Part shown: positions 39,141 to 52,087 of the stretch, one piece after another
Position numbering within the stretch: the stretch's first letter is position 1
Layout of the letters: the number at the start of each line of letters is the position of its first letter
Assembly (NCBI RefSeq): GCF_018977255.1
Contig: NW_024704743.1
Span: 50,346,001-50,410,000 of the forward strand
DNA length: 64,000 nucleotides
Reading direction: 5' to 3'
Source of the DNA: Callorhinchus milii
Taxonomy: Eukaryota
Notes under the pieces: model-generated
Database searches by the model: none
Told to the model about the DNA's origin: nothing
Seen by the model: the letters and a program-made list of their open reading frames with translations, nothing else
Position numbers and translations under genes: made by a program

Positions 39141-40090
39141 ACAACAGTATGGGGTGTGACCACTGGGGGGCTCGAGATGGGTTCAGGGGGCTGGGATACA
39201 TAGCGTATTGGGTCCAGGGTGCTTGAGTTGCGAGGCCTGGCCTGCTCAAGTGCTCCCCAGGCACAACAGGATTTATAAGGCGCTTTACAAATGTAATTTG
39301 TTGTAAATGTTAACAAGGTGCTACCCACAGTTATTTACTTTAAAGAGGAAAACAAAGACACATGTAAGTAATGACAAGGTTTATGGAAATTATTCACGTG
39401 CGATAATATATTGCACATCTGTCTTTATGTTCATTAGATGTAAACCTTTTCTTTCACAGAATGTGAGCTCAATCACTTGCCAAGCATTCAGTTCAATCTA
39501 ATCATGAGGAATCAATATTATAAAATGCTTATAGTTTGCTATTGCCACTTGCCACACACATGGGAACTGATATAATGATCTCATTGTCTGAATGATGAAA
39601 AGCTGACAAGACTACATAATAACAATATGCTTGCCAGATGCAAACAGCCAGTGCTATAGAAGTTTGTTGCTGTGTTTGTATTGACGTCTACTTGTCAAGA
39701 TGTCCAAATATTTGATAGTGCTTTGAGTCTCTTTGACTGCTCTTTCAATCCTCTCTCCTCTCCCCAACCCATAGGCTCCCATCGCCAGCTTGGGTTCCAA
39801 GACAGTACTGTTAAGATTCTTGGGACATCCTCCTGATGTAAAAGTCACTATATAGAAGTAATTTTTTTATTATATTGTAGGTATTGTTTTACTCTCTAAA
39901 GCTGCTTTTACACTTTGGCATTTGAGCAAAGCAGCTTGGGTGCTGGTCCAAAAACAAGAAACTGAAAAGCTCAATCAGCAAGATTATCTGGAAGAAATAG
40001 TCTTACAATGAACAGCAAGGATACTCTACCACTTGTGCAAAACTTCAACAAAAATAAAATGAAGTTAGAGGTAACTTCTAGGTTTATTTG

Positions 40091-40422
40091 TGGAATCCTG
40101 TAGCTCAGTGGTTAGAGCACTCGCTTTGCAAGCGAGAGACTTGAGTTCAATTCCAGGCAGAGGGCGAAACCTTGGGCAAGTTTCCTTACTCCACATGCCT
40201 AATAATAATCCCTCCAAAAACAAAAACAATAATATATTGGTCATTTTCAATCTATGACTGTTTGTGGGACATTGCTGTGCGCAATTGGCTGCCGCGTTCG
40301 CCCACAAATATACAATCAATTCACTTTACAGTGTGTTCTGTGAAGCGCTTTGGGACGTCCTCCTGACGTGAAAAGCGCTATATCAAATGCAAGGATTATT
40401 ATTATTATTATTATTATTATTA
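40091..40422 (+). mobile_element. Young tRNA(Ala-like)-headed Deu-SINE (short form), full length
   Basis: TAGCTCAGTGG A box, CTTTGCAAG loop, AGTTCAATTCC B box, Deu core, stem-loop tail, long (TTA)n. Confidence 0.95.
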
Positions 40423-40632
40423 TACCTCCACTCACATTTTTATGGATTAGAAAGAGCTGACTAATTCATCAGCTCTTTTCATCATTGAGATTTTCATTGG
40501 GTCTCATGCTTTCAATGAGACGTTAAACCAAGGTCCAGTCTACTTGTCCAGGTGGACATTAATGATTCCTTGGTACTATTCAAAAAGAGAGGGAAGTTTC
40601 TCTTGGTGTCCAAGCCAACAATCCCCCTCAGG

Positions 40633-41255
40633 CTGCCAAAACCTTCATATGCATTCGTCACCTCAAGGCTCGACTACGGAAACTCCATCCTTATCGGCCT
40701 CCCCTAACTCTTCCCTCCACAAACTGCAGATCACCCAAAACTCTGCAGCCCATGCTCTCTCCGCACCAGGCTCCGTGACTCCATCACCCCCACCCTTGCC
40801 TAGCTCCACTGACTCCCCATCCCTCAGAGGGTAGAATTCAAAATCCTCGTCCTCACTTTCAACGCCCTCCATGGCCTTGCCCCTTCCTACCTCTCTGACC
40901 TGCTAACCCCCTATCAACCTGTCCACTTCCTCCATTCAGCAGGCTCCAGCCTGCTCCATGTCTCCTGCCTGACCCACCCTACCATCAGCAGCCATGCTTT
41001 CATCCTCTGCCCCCACCCTTTGGAACTCCATTCCACAATCCCCTCGCCTTTCTCCCTCTCTTGCCTCCTTCAAGGCATGACTTAAAATTCTCCTTTTCGA
41101 CCTTCCTCCAGCCATCCTCCTACCTCTCTGCCCTCCCTCATCACAAGCCTGCCCCCTCCCCCACGCTTGCGTCCTGCTCCCTGACTGTTCAGCGCCTTGG
41201 GACGTCCTCCCAATGTGAAGGGCACTTTGCAAATGTAATTTTGTTATTGTAGTTG
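40633..41255 (+). mobile_element. L2 3' fragment inserted in an older SINE
   Basis: AFVTSRLDYGN, LHKLQITQNSAA; SINE core at ~40505-40632 resumes at ~41256. Confidence 0.9.
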
Positions 41256-41530
41256 TGTACAAATTAGCTGCCGCATTCATCCCCAAAACACACAGTCACA
41301 CTTCATTTGAAGTTGGGCCTTATCACATTGTCAAAAAGTCTCAAAGCACTTCACAGAATTTTATTGTAAAATTAGTGACTGCGTATGTGAAGGAGAACAC
41401 AGTAGCAAATTTGTGCAGAGCAATGTCCCACAGTCACAGAGTGAAAGATTAATCTAGAGCAGGGACTGTGGGATGGACTAAACGCTCTGAGATGCTACCC
41501 TGTGTGGCGAGTGCTATATAAATGCAAGTT

Positions 41531-41795
41531 TACAACAACAATTACATTTGTATAGCGCCTTTCATGTCAGGAGGATGTCCCAAGGCAGTGGACAGTCAGG
41601 GATCTGCACCCGAGCTGGTGGTTGGGGTCAGGAGGTGGGGAAGGTGGGGAGGGTCAGAGTAGGAGGGTGACCAAAAGCATGTTTGAAAAGAAGGGTATTG
41701 AGATGGGTCTTGAAGGAGACCAAGGAGGGGGCTAGGTAGAGGGACTGTGGGATGGCGTTCCAAAGGGTGGGGGCAGAGAGCCCCCCATCCCCACC
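41531..41795 (-). mobile_element. L2 3' fragment
   Basis: (CAA)n tail, ATAGCGCCTTTCATGTCAGGAGGATGTCCCAAGG. Confidence 0.8.
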
Positions 41796-41804
41796 ACACA
41801 CTGA

Positions 41805-42060
41805 TCCAGAAGATTGTTGGTTAGGATTCTGGGAGATACTCCCTTATTGAATAGTACTATGGGATGTTTAACACCCACCTGAACAAACAGACCTTGGATT
41901 AATGCCTCATTAGACAGATGGCACCTCTGACAATGTAGTGCTCCCCCAGCATTGAAGTTTCAGGCCTGACAATGAGCTCAAAGTCTTAATGTGGGACTTT
42001 AACCCATAACCTTAAATCTCGGAAGTGAGAGTGCTACAAGCTGAGCGAGGCTGACACCTA
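41805..42060 (-). mobile_element. Older Deu-SINE 5' half
   Basis: Core and head GCTACAAGCTGAGCGAGGCTGACACC. Confidence 0.7.
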
Positions 42061-42111
42061 ATTAAGATCATAGATGCAGTACTGACATGGAAAAAGTGGA
42101 ACGGAAGCAGA

Positions 42112-42330
42112 AAGAGAAGGAAGTTTGTCCTGGTGTCCTGACCAACAATCTTTCAGATAAAATTGGGCATTCACTTCTTGGCTGTTTGTGGGACACTGCT
42201 GTGCACAAATTGGCTGTTGCATTCACCTCCAAAATACACTGTCATTGCACTTTACAGTGAATCCTGTGAAGTGTTTTGAGATGTCTTCTTGACATGAAAG
42301 CTGCCATATCAAATGCAAGGATTATTATTT
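42112..42330 (+). mobile_element. Older Deu-SINE 3' half
   Basis: GCTGTTTGTGGGACACTGCTGTGCACAAATTGGCTG and tail. Confidence 0.75.
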
Positions 42331-43645
42331 TTAGGTTTATAATGGAAACTTTACTGGAATGGGAAGAAAAGGGGCATTTTAAAATCAAGTGCAAACACAA
42401 TGGCATAAAGAAACATTGAATCAACGTAAACAAAGTGTGCTGCATTGCCCCCGCTTACGGTATTAGGCCATTTCTTCCTCCTTTAGTACCTTCTGCAGCA
42501 ACTTTCACTGCCGGTAAATTCAAGGTCATAAATATACCATGCAGCAGAAAATAATACACCCAGAATACCATTCTCTGTTCATTTATTGAATGTTCAACCT
42601 TGAACATTGAGCACATAATGCCTCAGAAAAGTACCCTTGTGAACCATCCTAAAATTATAACAAAAAAGTTGTGGATTGAATTGTGGATTCTGGCTAAATT
42701 TGCACAAATACATTGAAAACTAAAAAAAGAACATCACAGTCAAGGTTCATAATTCATCCTTCAGGCACATTGACCATTCCACTAATAGGTTACTAATTGC
42801 TTAGGGTCAGTCCTGCCGCTCGACCATCTTATAAACCTTGGAGAAATGCACAGCTGGTGAACTTTCTAAACATTCCAACAGAAGTATGAATGGAGATATT
42901 TACACAAGTTTCATACTGTCACTGCCCATGAGACTCAAGAAAGCTGGATGTTTCCATCAAGCAAGTGAATTCAAAGTAATAGGGCCATTTTAGAAATATC
43001 CAGATTATTAAAGAGTAAAATCAATTGAAACCCGTGGTTTGCTGCACTAATGAAACATTGCTCTGTGGAACATAAAAGCCATGCTTTTAAAGCAAGCGGC
43101 TAAAAATAAATGATGTGTAACGTATGGAATTGCTTTTGACATAAACGTGTGGAAAGCTTTTTTACAGGAAAAGCTTTGTTAGTACTCAGATGTTGCAGCG
43201 ACTCAAATGCAAGTACATTCTGGGGTCAGTGTTGCGGCATTTCACAACGGGATTTGTTAAATAAGAAATGATGTATTTGGCGTGATGCAATTAGTACCCT
43301 CAACCAGGGTTTTCTAACTCCTGCACCTGGAGTGTGATTTACCTGGAAAATTCCACGAGGAACTTGCAAATTGCAATCACTAATACATTAAGAAATATTT
43401 GCGATGTTTGCAAAATGGTTCAATTTGATGGGAAAAAATGATGGTAAGCATTTTCCCTTTGCGGCAATGGAGCAAATCTTTTGTATTGATCATATTTCTT
43501 TACACTGTTATGTTTGCAGTATTGTGACCTGTCTCCGGGTATTGAAAACAGTCACCACTTCTAATTCTTATTTGAGGAAATTAAATCTATTTCTTCATAA
43601 ATTAAGAGCTTCAAGAATTTTACTAGTGTATGAAATAAATTAGAG

Positions 43646-43845
43646 ATGTCAGCCTGGCTTAGTGGATAGACTCTCGACTCTAAGTCAGAAGTTTGTGGGT
43701 TCAAGCCCACTTTGGGCCTTTGAACTGGGGGAATACTGCATTATCAGAGGTGCTATTCTTTGGGTGAGATGTTTAACTGAGGTTCTGTCTGCCTGTTCAG
43801 GTGGACAGTAAAGATCCCATGGCGCTATTTGAAAAGCGATGGGAG
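43646..43845 (+). mobile_element. Older Deu-SINE 5' part
   Basis: TGTCAGCCTGGCTTAGTGG head; GTTCAGGTGGACAGTAAAGATCCCATGGC. Confidence 0.75.
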
Positions 43846-44479
43846 CCCAGATGCCTGCACCTTCTGCGGTTGTTGTGTTGCCATTGTTATTCCAGGTTCC
43901 TCCCCTCCTGAGATTAAACCTATGTTGTAGTGAGTGTTTGTATCTGTCTGGCTCGTGTGTGGGAGCTGGGGGGGGATGGTCTATAAATTATTATTATTAT
44001 TTTATGGCTCTTTGACATAATAATTTTATTAGCATTTGCTGAGCAAGATTACTATTGCAACAACATGTCATCATTAGGGTAAATCCTGTTTCACGATGGT
44101 CTCTTAACTCAGCTCACTTTCCCTATTAGCAGGTGGCACAATCCAATGCTTGATGAATTCCGGTTCACAATGGAAGGAACACCCAGCATTTAAGATCAAA
44201 AGTGTCGTCATCTGTGAACGTTTGGCCATCACAAGCCAATTACCTCTTTTGTTTGGTAACTTTTCCCATCATTGTGAAGAATAATTACCATAAGTCAAAG
44301 AAAATGTGAGGTGTTAAATATTAACAGTATTCCTTGCATTTGTTATAGCACCTTCCACATTGAGTCTGATTTTCCTCTATTCCAAATGTCTTCTATTCCC
44401 CCTTCCCTCGTGTCAAGGTATAGCTTCCTCCTGAATGCAACTACACTATCTGATTCAATCACCAAGTCATACAGCGATT

Positions 44480-44765
44480 CTTCCCATTCAGCTCCTATTC
44501 ACCTGAAAACTGAAGTCTTATTGGTGATCCTAGCTGGACAAGCAGCAGGAAAGTTTACCAGACAAACTGAATGGCAAGCAATGTAATTTTAGCTGGTTAA
44601 ACTCCAGCAATATCCAACGCACCTATGGGGTCCCCAAACCTTGACTCTTGCCAACTTGCACCTTGTACTTTCTCGAATTAGGTAAGCAGGATGAGAGGGT
44701 ACTCCATTCCAAACACAGAAATTTCCACTTGGTAGGTGGCATGTATGGAACTCTCTTTGGTTTGG
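44480..44765 (+). repeat. Unclassified dispersed repeat (inverse copy at ~61835-62145)
   Basis: CCTTGACTCTTGCCAAC, AATTAGGTAAGCAGGATG and AGAAATTTCCA..GTAGGTGGCAT match the reverse complement of the other copy. Confidence 0.75.
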
Positions 44766-45002
44766 ATACACTGATTCTTGTCAATCTCGGTTGTGTACTA
44801 CACTATATGTGCCTTAGCCCTTTACCTACGTTTCTCAATATTGAAAACACAATACGATAACTGTGTTCAGATAACCCTCTGGAATTATTGAGAATTATTA
44901 TTATAACAGATAACAAACAGTTCAAACGACTTGATGTGTTATATCATTGTTTGCCCACCACCAAGTTCCCATCTCTGTGTAATATAGATTTAATATTTGG
45001 TT

Positions 45003-45452
45003 TACAACAACAACAACAATAACAAGATTCGATTTATAGAGCGCCTTTCACGTTGGGAGGATGTCCCAAGGCGCTGTACGGTTGGGTCAGGACCCGAGCA
45101 AGGGGGAAATGGATAGGGTGAGGGGAGGGAAGGGAGGGAGCGAGGAGGGGGTAGAGAGTCGAGAGGGGAGCTGAAGGCACGGTCAAAGAGAAAAGTCTTG
45201 AGACCGGCCTTGAAGGAGGAAAGGGAGGAGGCGGCGAAGGCACTGGGGGATAGAGTTCCAGAGCCTCGGGGCTGAGAGGCTGAAGGCCCGGTCACCGATG
45301 GTAGGGCGGTTGGGGCGGGGGATGTGGAACAGACCGGAGCCAGTGGAACGGAGGGTATGGGCAGGTAAGTAGGGGGATAGTAAATCAGAGAGGTAGGAGG
45401 GAGCAAGGCCATGAATGGCCTTGTAGGTGAGGATGAGGATCTTGAATTCGAA
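45003..45452 (-). mobile_element. Young L2 3' fragment
   Basis: SSFKAGLKTFLFDRAF; CpG-rich; (CAA)n tail. Confidence 0.92.
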
Positions 45453-47979
45453 CTTTTAAACCATAAAAGTTAAAAAGCTACTGATGCATTCATTCAGATG
45501 TTCTTAATATATGTAATTATAGATAGTAGCACGTGCCTGTTACAAGCTTTGTATCGTAAGCAAATATAAGATGACACATTATTTAAATGGAAGAGTTTTA
45601 GAAGGAAATCCTTTGCAAATAGCTGCTTAGTTACTCTCAAATCCACATTATAATCTCGTTCTGCCCTTGTGGACGTTCTGAGCACTCTGAGACGCTACCC
45701 TGCGTGGAGGACGATATATAAATGCAAGTTGTTGTTATTGTTCTGTCAAAGGCAAAGTTAAAACCACAACAGTATTCATCCCATCTCCAATCTCCCACTA
45801 TGATGACACTGCAATCAAGAATCAAAAACTTTTACCTCAAATAATTATTTACCCAAAATTGGAGAAACTTCACTTTACATTTCGTTTAAATGTAATTTAA
45901 ATTTAAAATGCAAGTATTTAATGGCCTGACAATCTTTGCAAGTTCAGCCTTTCTGAATGACGAGTTATCTGTGATACTTATTGAAGTTGACATATTGCTT
46001 TGGCCAAGTGACAGCCTCTCATAAAAAAGAATTCCCCAACTAGATTCCTCGTTGACTATAGCAACAGAATCCCAATCCCTTCCGAGGCTAACCTCAAAAG
46101 TGCAGTTCAGTAGCTTAATTGAACAACACAGTGGCTCCAATTGGAGGATATGCAGAACTTTACAATGGGAGACATCATCAGATTGTGGTTGGGGAAGTCA
46201 CCAGATACAATGTGTCATCCTTAGATAAACACGAACAAATTTACGTCATTTCTATTTGATACTGCGTATTCATGAACACATTATACTGGAAACTCCCCAA
46301 CGCCTTTATTCTTAACTCAGGAACACACTCAAGAAGATGTGATGTCAGTATGAAGTTGTAGAAGAGAGTTTGAGAAGATTAGAGATTTGTGAACCTTTCC
46401 CCTCCACCAACAAAACCCCAAACAAATATGTTGGAGAAAGAGGGAAAGAAGCAAGTATCAAACAAAGGTTTGCTTTGTAATGAGCCTTGGGATACCCATG
46501 TTTTCCTAATTCAGTCATTCCCATTGTGCCATTTCTTTATCCCAAATCCTGGAAAATGGATACTAAAGTTTACAATTACTGTAATGCTTTGTTTGGTAGA
46601 AAGCTTGACCTGTTATTGTGTAGGGTCAAGTTAGGTGAAGAGATTTAGTGACTTATGTTGAAAAAGTAGTAAAAGAGTAGGTGAGTCATGATTTGGTGAA
46701 GACTGGCTGAGACCAATTGTGGTGAGGGGGAAACGGGATGTGGCATTGGACACTAGAGAGAATAAAAAGCATCTGAATAAAAGATCTTCTTGTTGGTAAT
46801 GCATGTCTGAATGTAATCTAAAAAGAAACCTAATTTAACAATGATTGATCTTGTGAGATTAATTTGGCAGGCAGGCCAATAAAGTGATCAATTTTGCAGA
46901 CAGAGACCTCTCTGTTAACAATATATAGCTGGATATGCCTGGAAACTGCTCAAGTCTAGACATTCTGCACGATACAGGGCAGATGCTTCTCCCACCCCAT
47001 ATAATGTGCTTCATTTTCCCAAATGCCTTTTAAAGTTGACGTGATGACGGAAGTGTACCGAACCATTTGGGGAAGGATACCAGCCTGAGAGATTGATTTT
47101 TTCCCCCTCCTTGAATTATGTTTGTGTTGACAAGTATCGAATCAATCCTCAGAGCAAAGTGCACATCTGTCAGCTTGTCGAGCTCTGAACACTTTGGTGT
47201 GGACATTGAGCGATAAGGGCAGATCTAAGTGTTAGAAGATATTGTAGCAATACATCCTTACCCTGGAGGAATATTCCCAGAAAAGAACACATTAGGAAAC
47301 AAAATGTTCTCCCTTTATTTTTATCTGACAAATGAACTCAATTTGTCAGAGAGTGAACTGATGATAGATTGCACCAATGTTCATTCGACCTGCAAAACAC
47401 CAAATTACTGAAGTTGCTAATGTTTAATGGACCACTACTGCAGTAAATCAAATGGGTGCAAAAATAAAGTATCTTCATAACTCTTTTGCTTCTTCAACTC
47501 CAATTTCTTCCTCTTCTGCAGGAAGTCCTGACACATGGTGGGTACAGTGATACGCCACCAAAGTGGGCAAATATACACGGGTCAGCCCAGCCATTTAAAT
47601 TGTGCCTTTCACGTCAGAAGGATGTCCCAAGGCACTTAACAGTAATGGCTGGCATCCAAGCTGGGGTGGAGCTGTGTGGGGTGGGAAGAGGAAATATAAT
47701 AATATTACAATAATTCTTGCATTTGATATAGCGCCTTGTTGAAATGTCTCAAAATGCTTAACAGAATATATAGTGAAGTGGATTGACTATGTCTTTTGTG
47801 GGCGAAGATGACCGAAAGGACAATCAAAGAGGCCGACAATTATTGTTCTATTATTATACTATTCATATTGTTTATATTTGATACATATTTATAATATATT
47901 ATTGTACAACTATTCAAATCAAGTATATCCTGTGAAATGCTTTGAGATGTCCTCCCAATATGAAAGGCTCTATATCGAA

Positions 47980-48180
47980 TGGAATCCTGCAGCTCAGTGG
48001 TTAGAGCGCTCAACTCACAAGCGAGAGACCTGGGTTATATTCCTGGCAGGGCAAAATATTGGGCAAGTTTCGTTACTCCGCACACCTCTGTTTACCTAGC
48101 AATAAGTAGGAATCCGGTTGTTAGTCGATTTGTGAATCGCTTTTCTGGGGATAATAATTCATTAAAAAAAAATAATTTGG
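47980..48180 (+). mobile_element. Younger Deu-SINE 5' part (long form)
   Basis: GGAATCCTGCAGCTCAGTGGTTAGAGC head; truncated before the Deu core. Confidence 0.85.
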
Positions 48181-48454
48181 AGTGAACCCTGGTTAGTTTT
48201 CCCCTTAGCCCCGAGTGTTCAGGCTAGTTGTATTACTATAATTGCTACCGTGGACAAGATACGAAAAACTTTTTCAAATTGTATTGGTTTATCTGCATAG
48301 AAAACATTAATATAGCTTTTTTGTTGTTGTTAGCTAAACATATCTGAAACAGAAAAACTGCTGTATAAAAGGCACACGGGCTGGAAGAATACACCTCAGG
48401 ACACAACCCGCTAATTATAACAACAATAAACTATAAATTATAACAACAATAAAT

Positions 48455-48890
48455 TTACATAGCAATAATAAACACAAAGCATCTTTAATGTTGGAGGATG
48501 TCCCACTGAGTTGGACAGGTCAGTGTTTATCCCAAGCTGGGGGTGGAGGCTTGATGGGGGTGGGGAAGGGAAGATGATCGAAGGCATGGTCAAAGAGGAA
48601 GATCTTGAAATGGACCTTGAAGGAGGTGAGGAAAGAGGCGAGGTGTAGGGGCACCAGGATGGAATTCCAGAGAGGGGGCGCAGATAGGCTGAATATCAGA
48701 CCACCAATGATGTGGCGGGAAGAATGGAAGACTTGAAACAGGCCAGTGCCTGCTGAACAAAGGGATCTGATGAATTTTTAAGCTTTTGAGGAAGGTCACA
48801 AAGTAAAGTGGGGCAAGACTGTTGAGGGATTTAAAAGTGAGGATAAGACTCTTGGTCAGGATGGGGGTGATAGGCTCATAGAGCCTGGAA
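48455..48890 (-). mobile_element. Decayed L2 3' fragment
   Basis: GAAGGCATGGTCAAAGAGGAAGATCTTGAAATGGACCTTGAAGG. Confidence 0.75.
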
Positions 48891-49061
48891 AATCCTGGAT
48901 AGCTAGTGAAGTTTGCTCTACCTCAAGCCAGCTAGTCTGTGGGGAGAGACAGAGAGAGAGAGAGTGTTGCCTACTGCAACTCAGTGAAAGCCGCCAGATA
49001 GATCTTGACAAGTAACGAGATGAAGCAAAAAATCATTAAACACGACAGAGTCAGGATTATC

Positions 49062-49320
49062 AGAGTGTGTGTGGGGGTAGGGGGAGAGTGTGTGGGGGTG
49101 GGGGGGGTGGGGAGTGTGTGGGGGTGGGGAGTGTGTGTAATTGGTGTTGGGGATGGGGTGAGTGGTGGGGATGTGTGTGTGGGGGGGACTGTGTGTGTGT
49201 GCGTGTGAGTGGGGGGAGCGTGTGTAAGTGGGGTGTGGATGGGGTGGGCGGGAGTGAGTCTATGTGTGTATGTGTGGAGAGTGCTGTGCATGCCGATCCT
49301 TGTAGTTTGTGTGTGCGTTG
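49062..49320. repeat. G/T-rich low-complexity tract
   Basis: Runs of GGGG interspersed with (GT)n. Confidence 0.9.
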
Positions 49321-50684
49321 GGCCCGCTGTTGCGGAGGGGATGGCTGGACTCAGCTCCCAGGGAGCACCACTGTGGCTGCAATTATGAAAGGCTGACCTA
49401 GACTGTGAGCTCAAAGTGCTGCCAAGAGGATTGAACCCACAACCTTCTGACTCAAAGGCAAGAAAGAGTGCCACCATCTGAGCCAGGCTGTCATCTTCAA
49501 TTGGCTCCTGCACTCTTGTTGCAGCATGAAACATGCTGGAATGTTTATTATTACCACAGAAACCATTCACTAACTCCTAGGTAACCATAGCTCTGAACAG
49601 TGACGGTATTACAATGCGGTGATAATGAATATGAGTTGTTTCCTGGTATACAGGCTGGAGAGCTGATGAAAGAATGCCATGCAAGCCCTCCAATCAGCTA
49701 CAGAACATCCTGGAGTCCTCATTGTGAAAATCAGATGTATTTTACCAGCAGAGAAAAAGTCTATCATTTACAATGTTTACAATAGGGCCTTTGATTGCCA
49801 CGTGATGAGGCACCTTCTCTGAGAAAATGTTGCAAACAATTCAAAGTCACCGTGCTTGATTTTCCGAGACATGCTTTATAAATGCAAACAAGGGGCTTTG
49901 CCGAAGATTGGAGCTCTCATTCAGCCAAGGCTATATATGTATTAATCCCTCTACTAATACATATTAATTGTACGCAGTGAAACATTAAATGCAAACAGCC
50001 TTTGGTATTAGTCATAATTAATAGTCATAATTATTTCATACATTATGCAGGACGGCCAAATTACACTTTTTTTCATTACAAGGAAAGATCAAATAATTTC
50101 ATGCCCACTGAATCGTTCAGGTATTAACATTATATTTTCATCTATTTCAGATCAAGTCAGATTCACATAGCATATTCCTTTAAGAAATGTGTTCTCTGTC
50201 CTTGCGAGGAAACACTCTGACCTCCATGCTTACAGCTTACCAGAGGCATCAAATAAGGAGCTCCTGTCATGAGGAATCGCTGGTGTGGGTTTACATTCTG
50301 TTATTATCCTGCACTTTGTGGCTGCTTGCAGCATGTTACTAATCTGTATCTTTGGGTAAGACCAAAATATCTGTAATAACATTACCGTTCACTATTGCTT
50401 GACAGGTAAACATTAGACATTGATTTGTTTCCTTGTTGATTTTTTGGCTCAACCTCTTCCAAACTGGATGTGAGTGCCAAGAACGAAACATGTTTCACTT
50501 TCAGTACCCAGCAGGTGACATTTTGTTGGTTAATAACAATAAGGTGGATCCTTATAATGCGATTATTTGTATCCATATATCAATAGGAACAAAGGAAAAC
50601 AGAAACGGGTGGAGGTTACTTCAGTTCATTGAGCCTGTTCCACCAGTTTATTAGATCTTGGCAGATCCTTTTATTATTATTGAT

Positions 50685-51075
50685 GATAATAATAATAATA
50701 ATGATATACATTTGGTTTAGTGCCTTTCACATTGGGAGGATGTCTCAAAGCGTTTCACAGGAAAAGTGGATTGACTATATTACTTTGTAAGAAACGTGAC
50801 AGCCATTTTGTGCACAGCAACGTCCCACAGGCAGCCAAGACGTGAATGATCAATTTTATATGTGGGATTGTTGGCCAGGACACTGGGCTAAACACCTTTC
50901 TTGTTTCAAATAATATCATGGGATCTTTAACGTTCTCCTGAACACGCTGATAAGACTGCGGGTTAACTGGAAGGTTGGCAACTCTAACAATGCTGTAAGC
51001 CCCGAGCATTGCATTGGAGTGTCAACTTAGACAACGTGAGTTCCAAGGCCCAATGGGGAGCTTGAACCTGCAACC
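50685..51075 (-). mobile_element. Older Deu-SINE
   Basis: Tail, Deu motif, CATGGGATCTTTAACG core. Confidence 0.72.
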
Positions 51076-51174
51076 TTTTGTATTCATGTTGCATGTTGGG
51101 TGAAAATCTTGAAGCACTCGAATATAACTCCAAATTGTGTATCCTGCAACTGATTTTCTTTATTAGGCTGCACA

Positions 51175-52087
51175 AAATAAGAATTAGGAGCAGGAGTAGG
51201 CCATTCAGCCCCTCAAGCCTGCCCCGCCGCCATTTGATAAGATTATGGCTGATCTTCTCAGCTAACTCTAATTACCTGCCCTATCCCCATATCCCCTAAT
51301 CCCTCTATTTTTTAAAAAAATCTATCAGTCTCAGCCTTGAAAATCTTCAAGGACTGAGCATCTACAGCCTTCTGGGGTAGTGAATTCCATAAATTCACTA
51401 CCCTCTGAGTGAAGAAATGTATCCTCAACTCTGTTCTAAAAGGCTGACCTTTAATTTTAAGACTGTGACCCCTGGTTATAGATTCTCCCACCAGGGAAAA
51501 CAGACCCTCAGTGTCTACTTTATCCAGCCCTTTAAGAATCTTATATGTTTCAATAAGATCTCCCCTAATTCTTCTGTACTCTAGAGAATATAGCCCTAGT
51601 TTATTCAGCCTATCTTCATAGGTCAGTCCCCTCATCCCAGGAACTAACCGAATGAATCTACGCTGCACCCCCTCTAAGGCAAGTATGTCCTTTTTTAAAT
51701 AAAGAGACCAAAACTGCACACAATACTCTAGGTGTGGTCTCACCAGGGCCCTATACAGTTGCAGCAAGACTTCCTTACTCTTGTTCTCTAAACCTTTTGC
51801 AATGAACGCTAACATGCTGTTCGCCTTCTTAGTTGCTTGCTGCACCTGCAAACTAACTTTTTGAGACTGGTGTACAAGGACACCCAAATCCCTCTGAACA
51901 CTAACACTATTTAATCTCTCCCGCTCTAGAAAATAATCTGTTTTTCTATTTTCTCTACTTAGGTGAATAACTTCACACTTCCCCACATTAAATTCCATCT
52001 GCCAACTACTCACCCACTCCCCTAGCCTATCTATAACCCGTTGCAATCTTTTTTCATCAGCCTCAGAGCTTCCTCTCCCACCTAGTT
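51175..52087 (-). mobile_element. CR1 3' fragment with an uninterrupted ORF2 C-terminus
   Basis: 262-aa ORF (51312-52100) WQMEFNVGKCEVIH...RPHLEYCVQFWS...WNSLPQKAV; tail AGGAGCAGGAGTAGGCCATTCAGCCC on +. Confidence 0.95.

Noticed and set aside
40091..40165. tRNA-Ala-like sequence (also at ~9913, ~9215-9289 and others)
   Set aside because: No proper acceptor stem, and it continues into a SINE body; these are SINE heads, not tRNA genes.
48971..49570. 199-aa Pro/Thr/His-rich ORF
   Set aside because: Translation of a low-complexity tract plus a SINE head.
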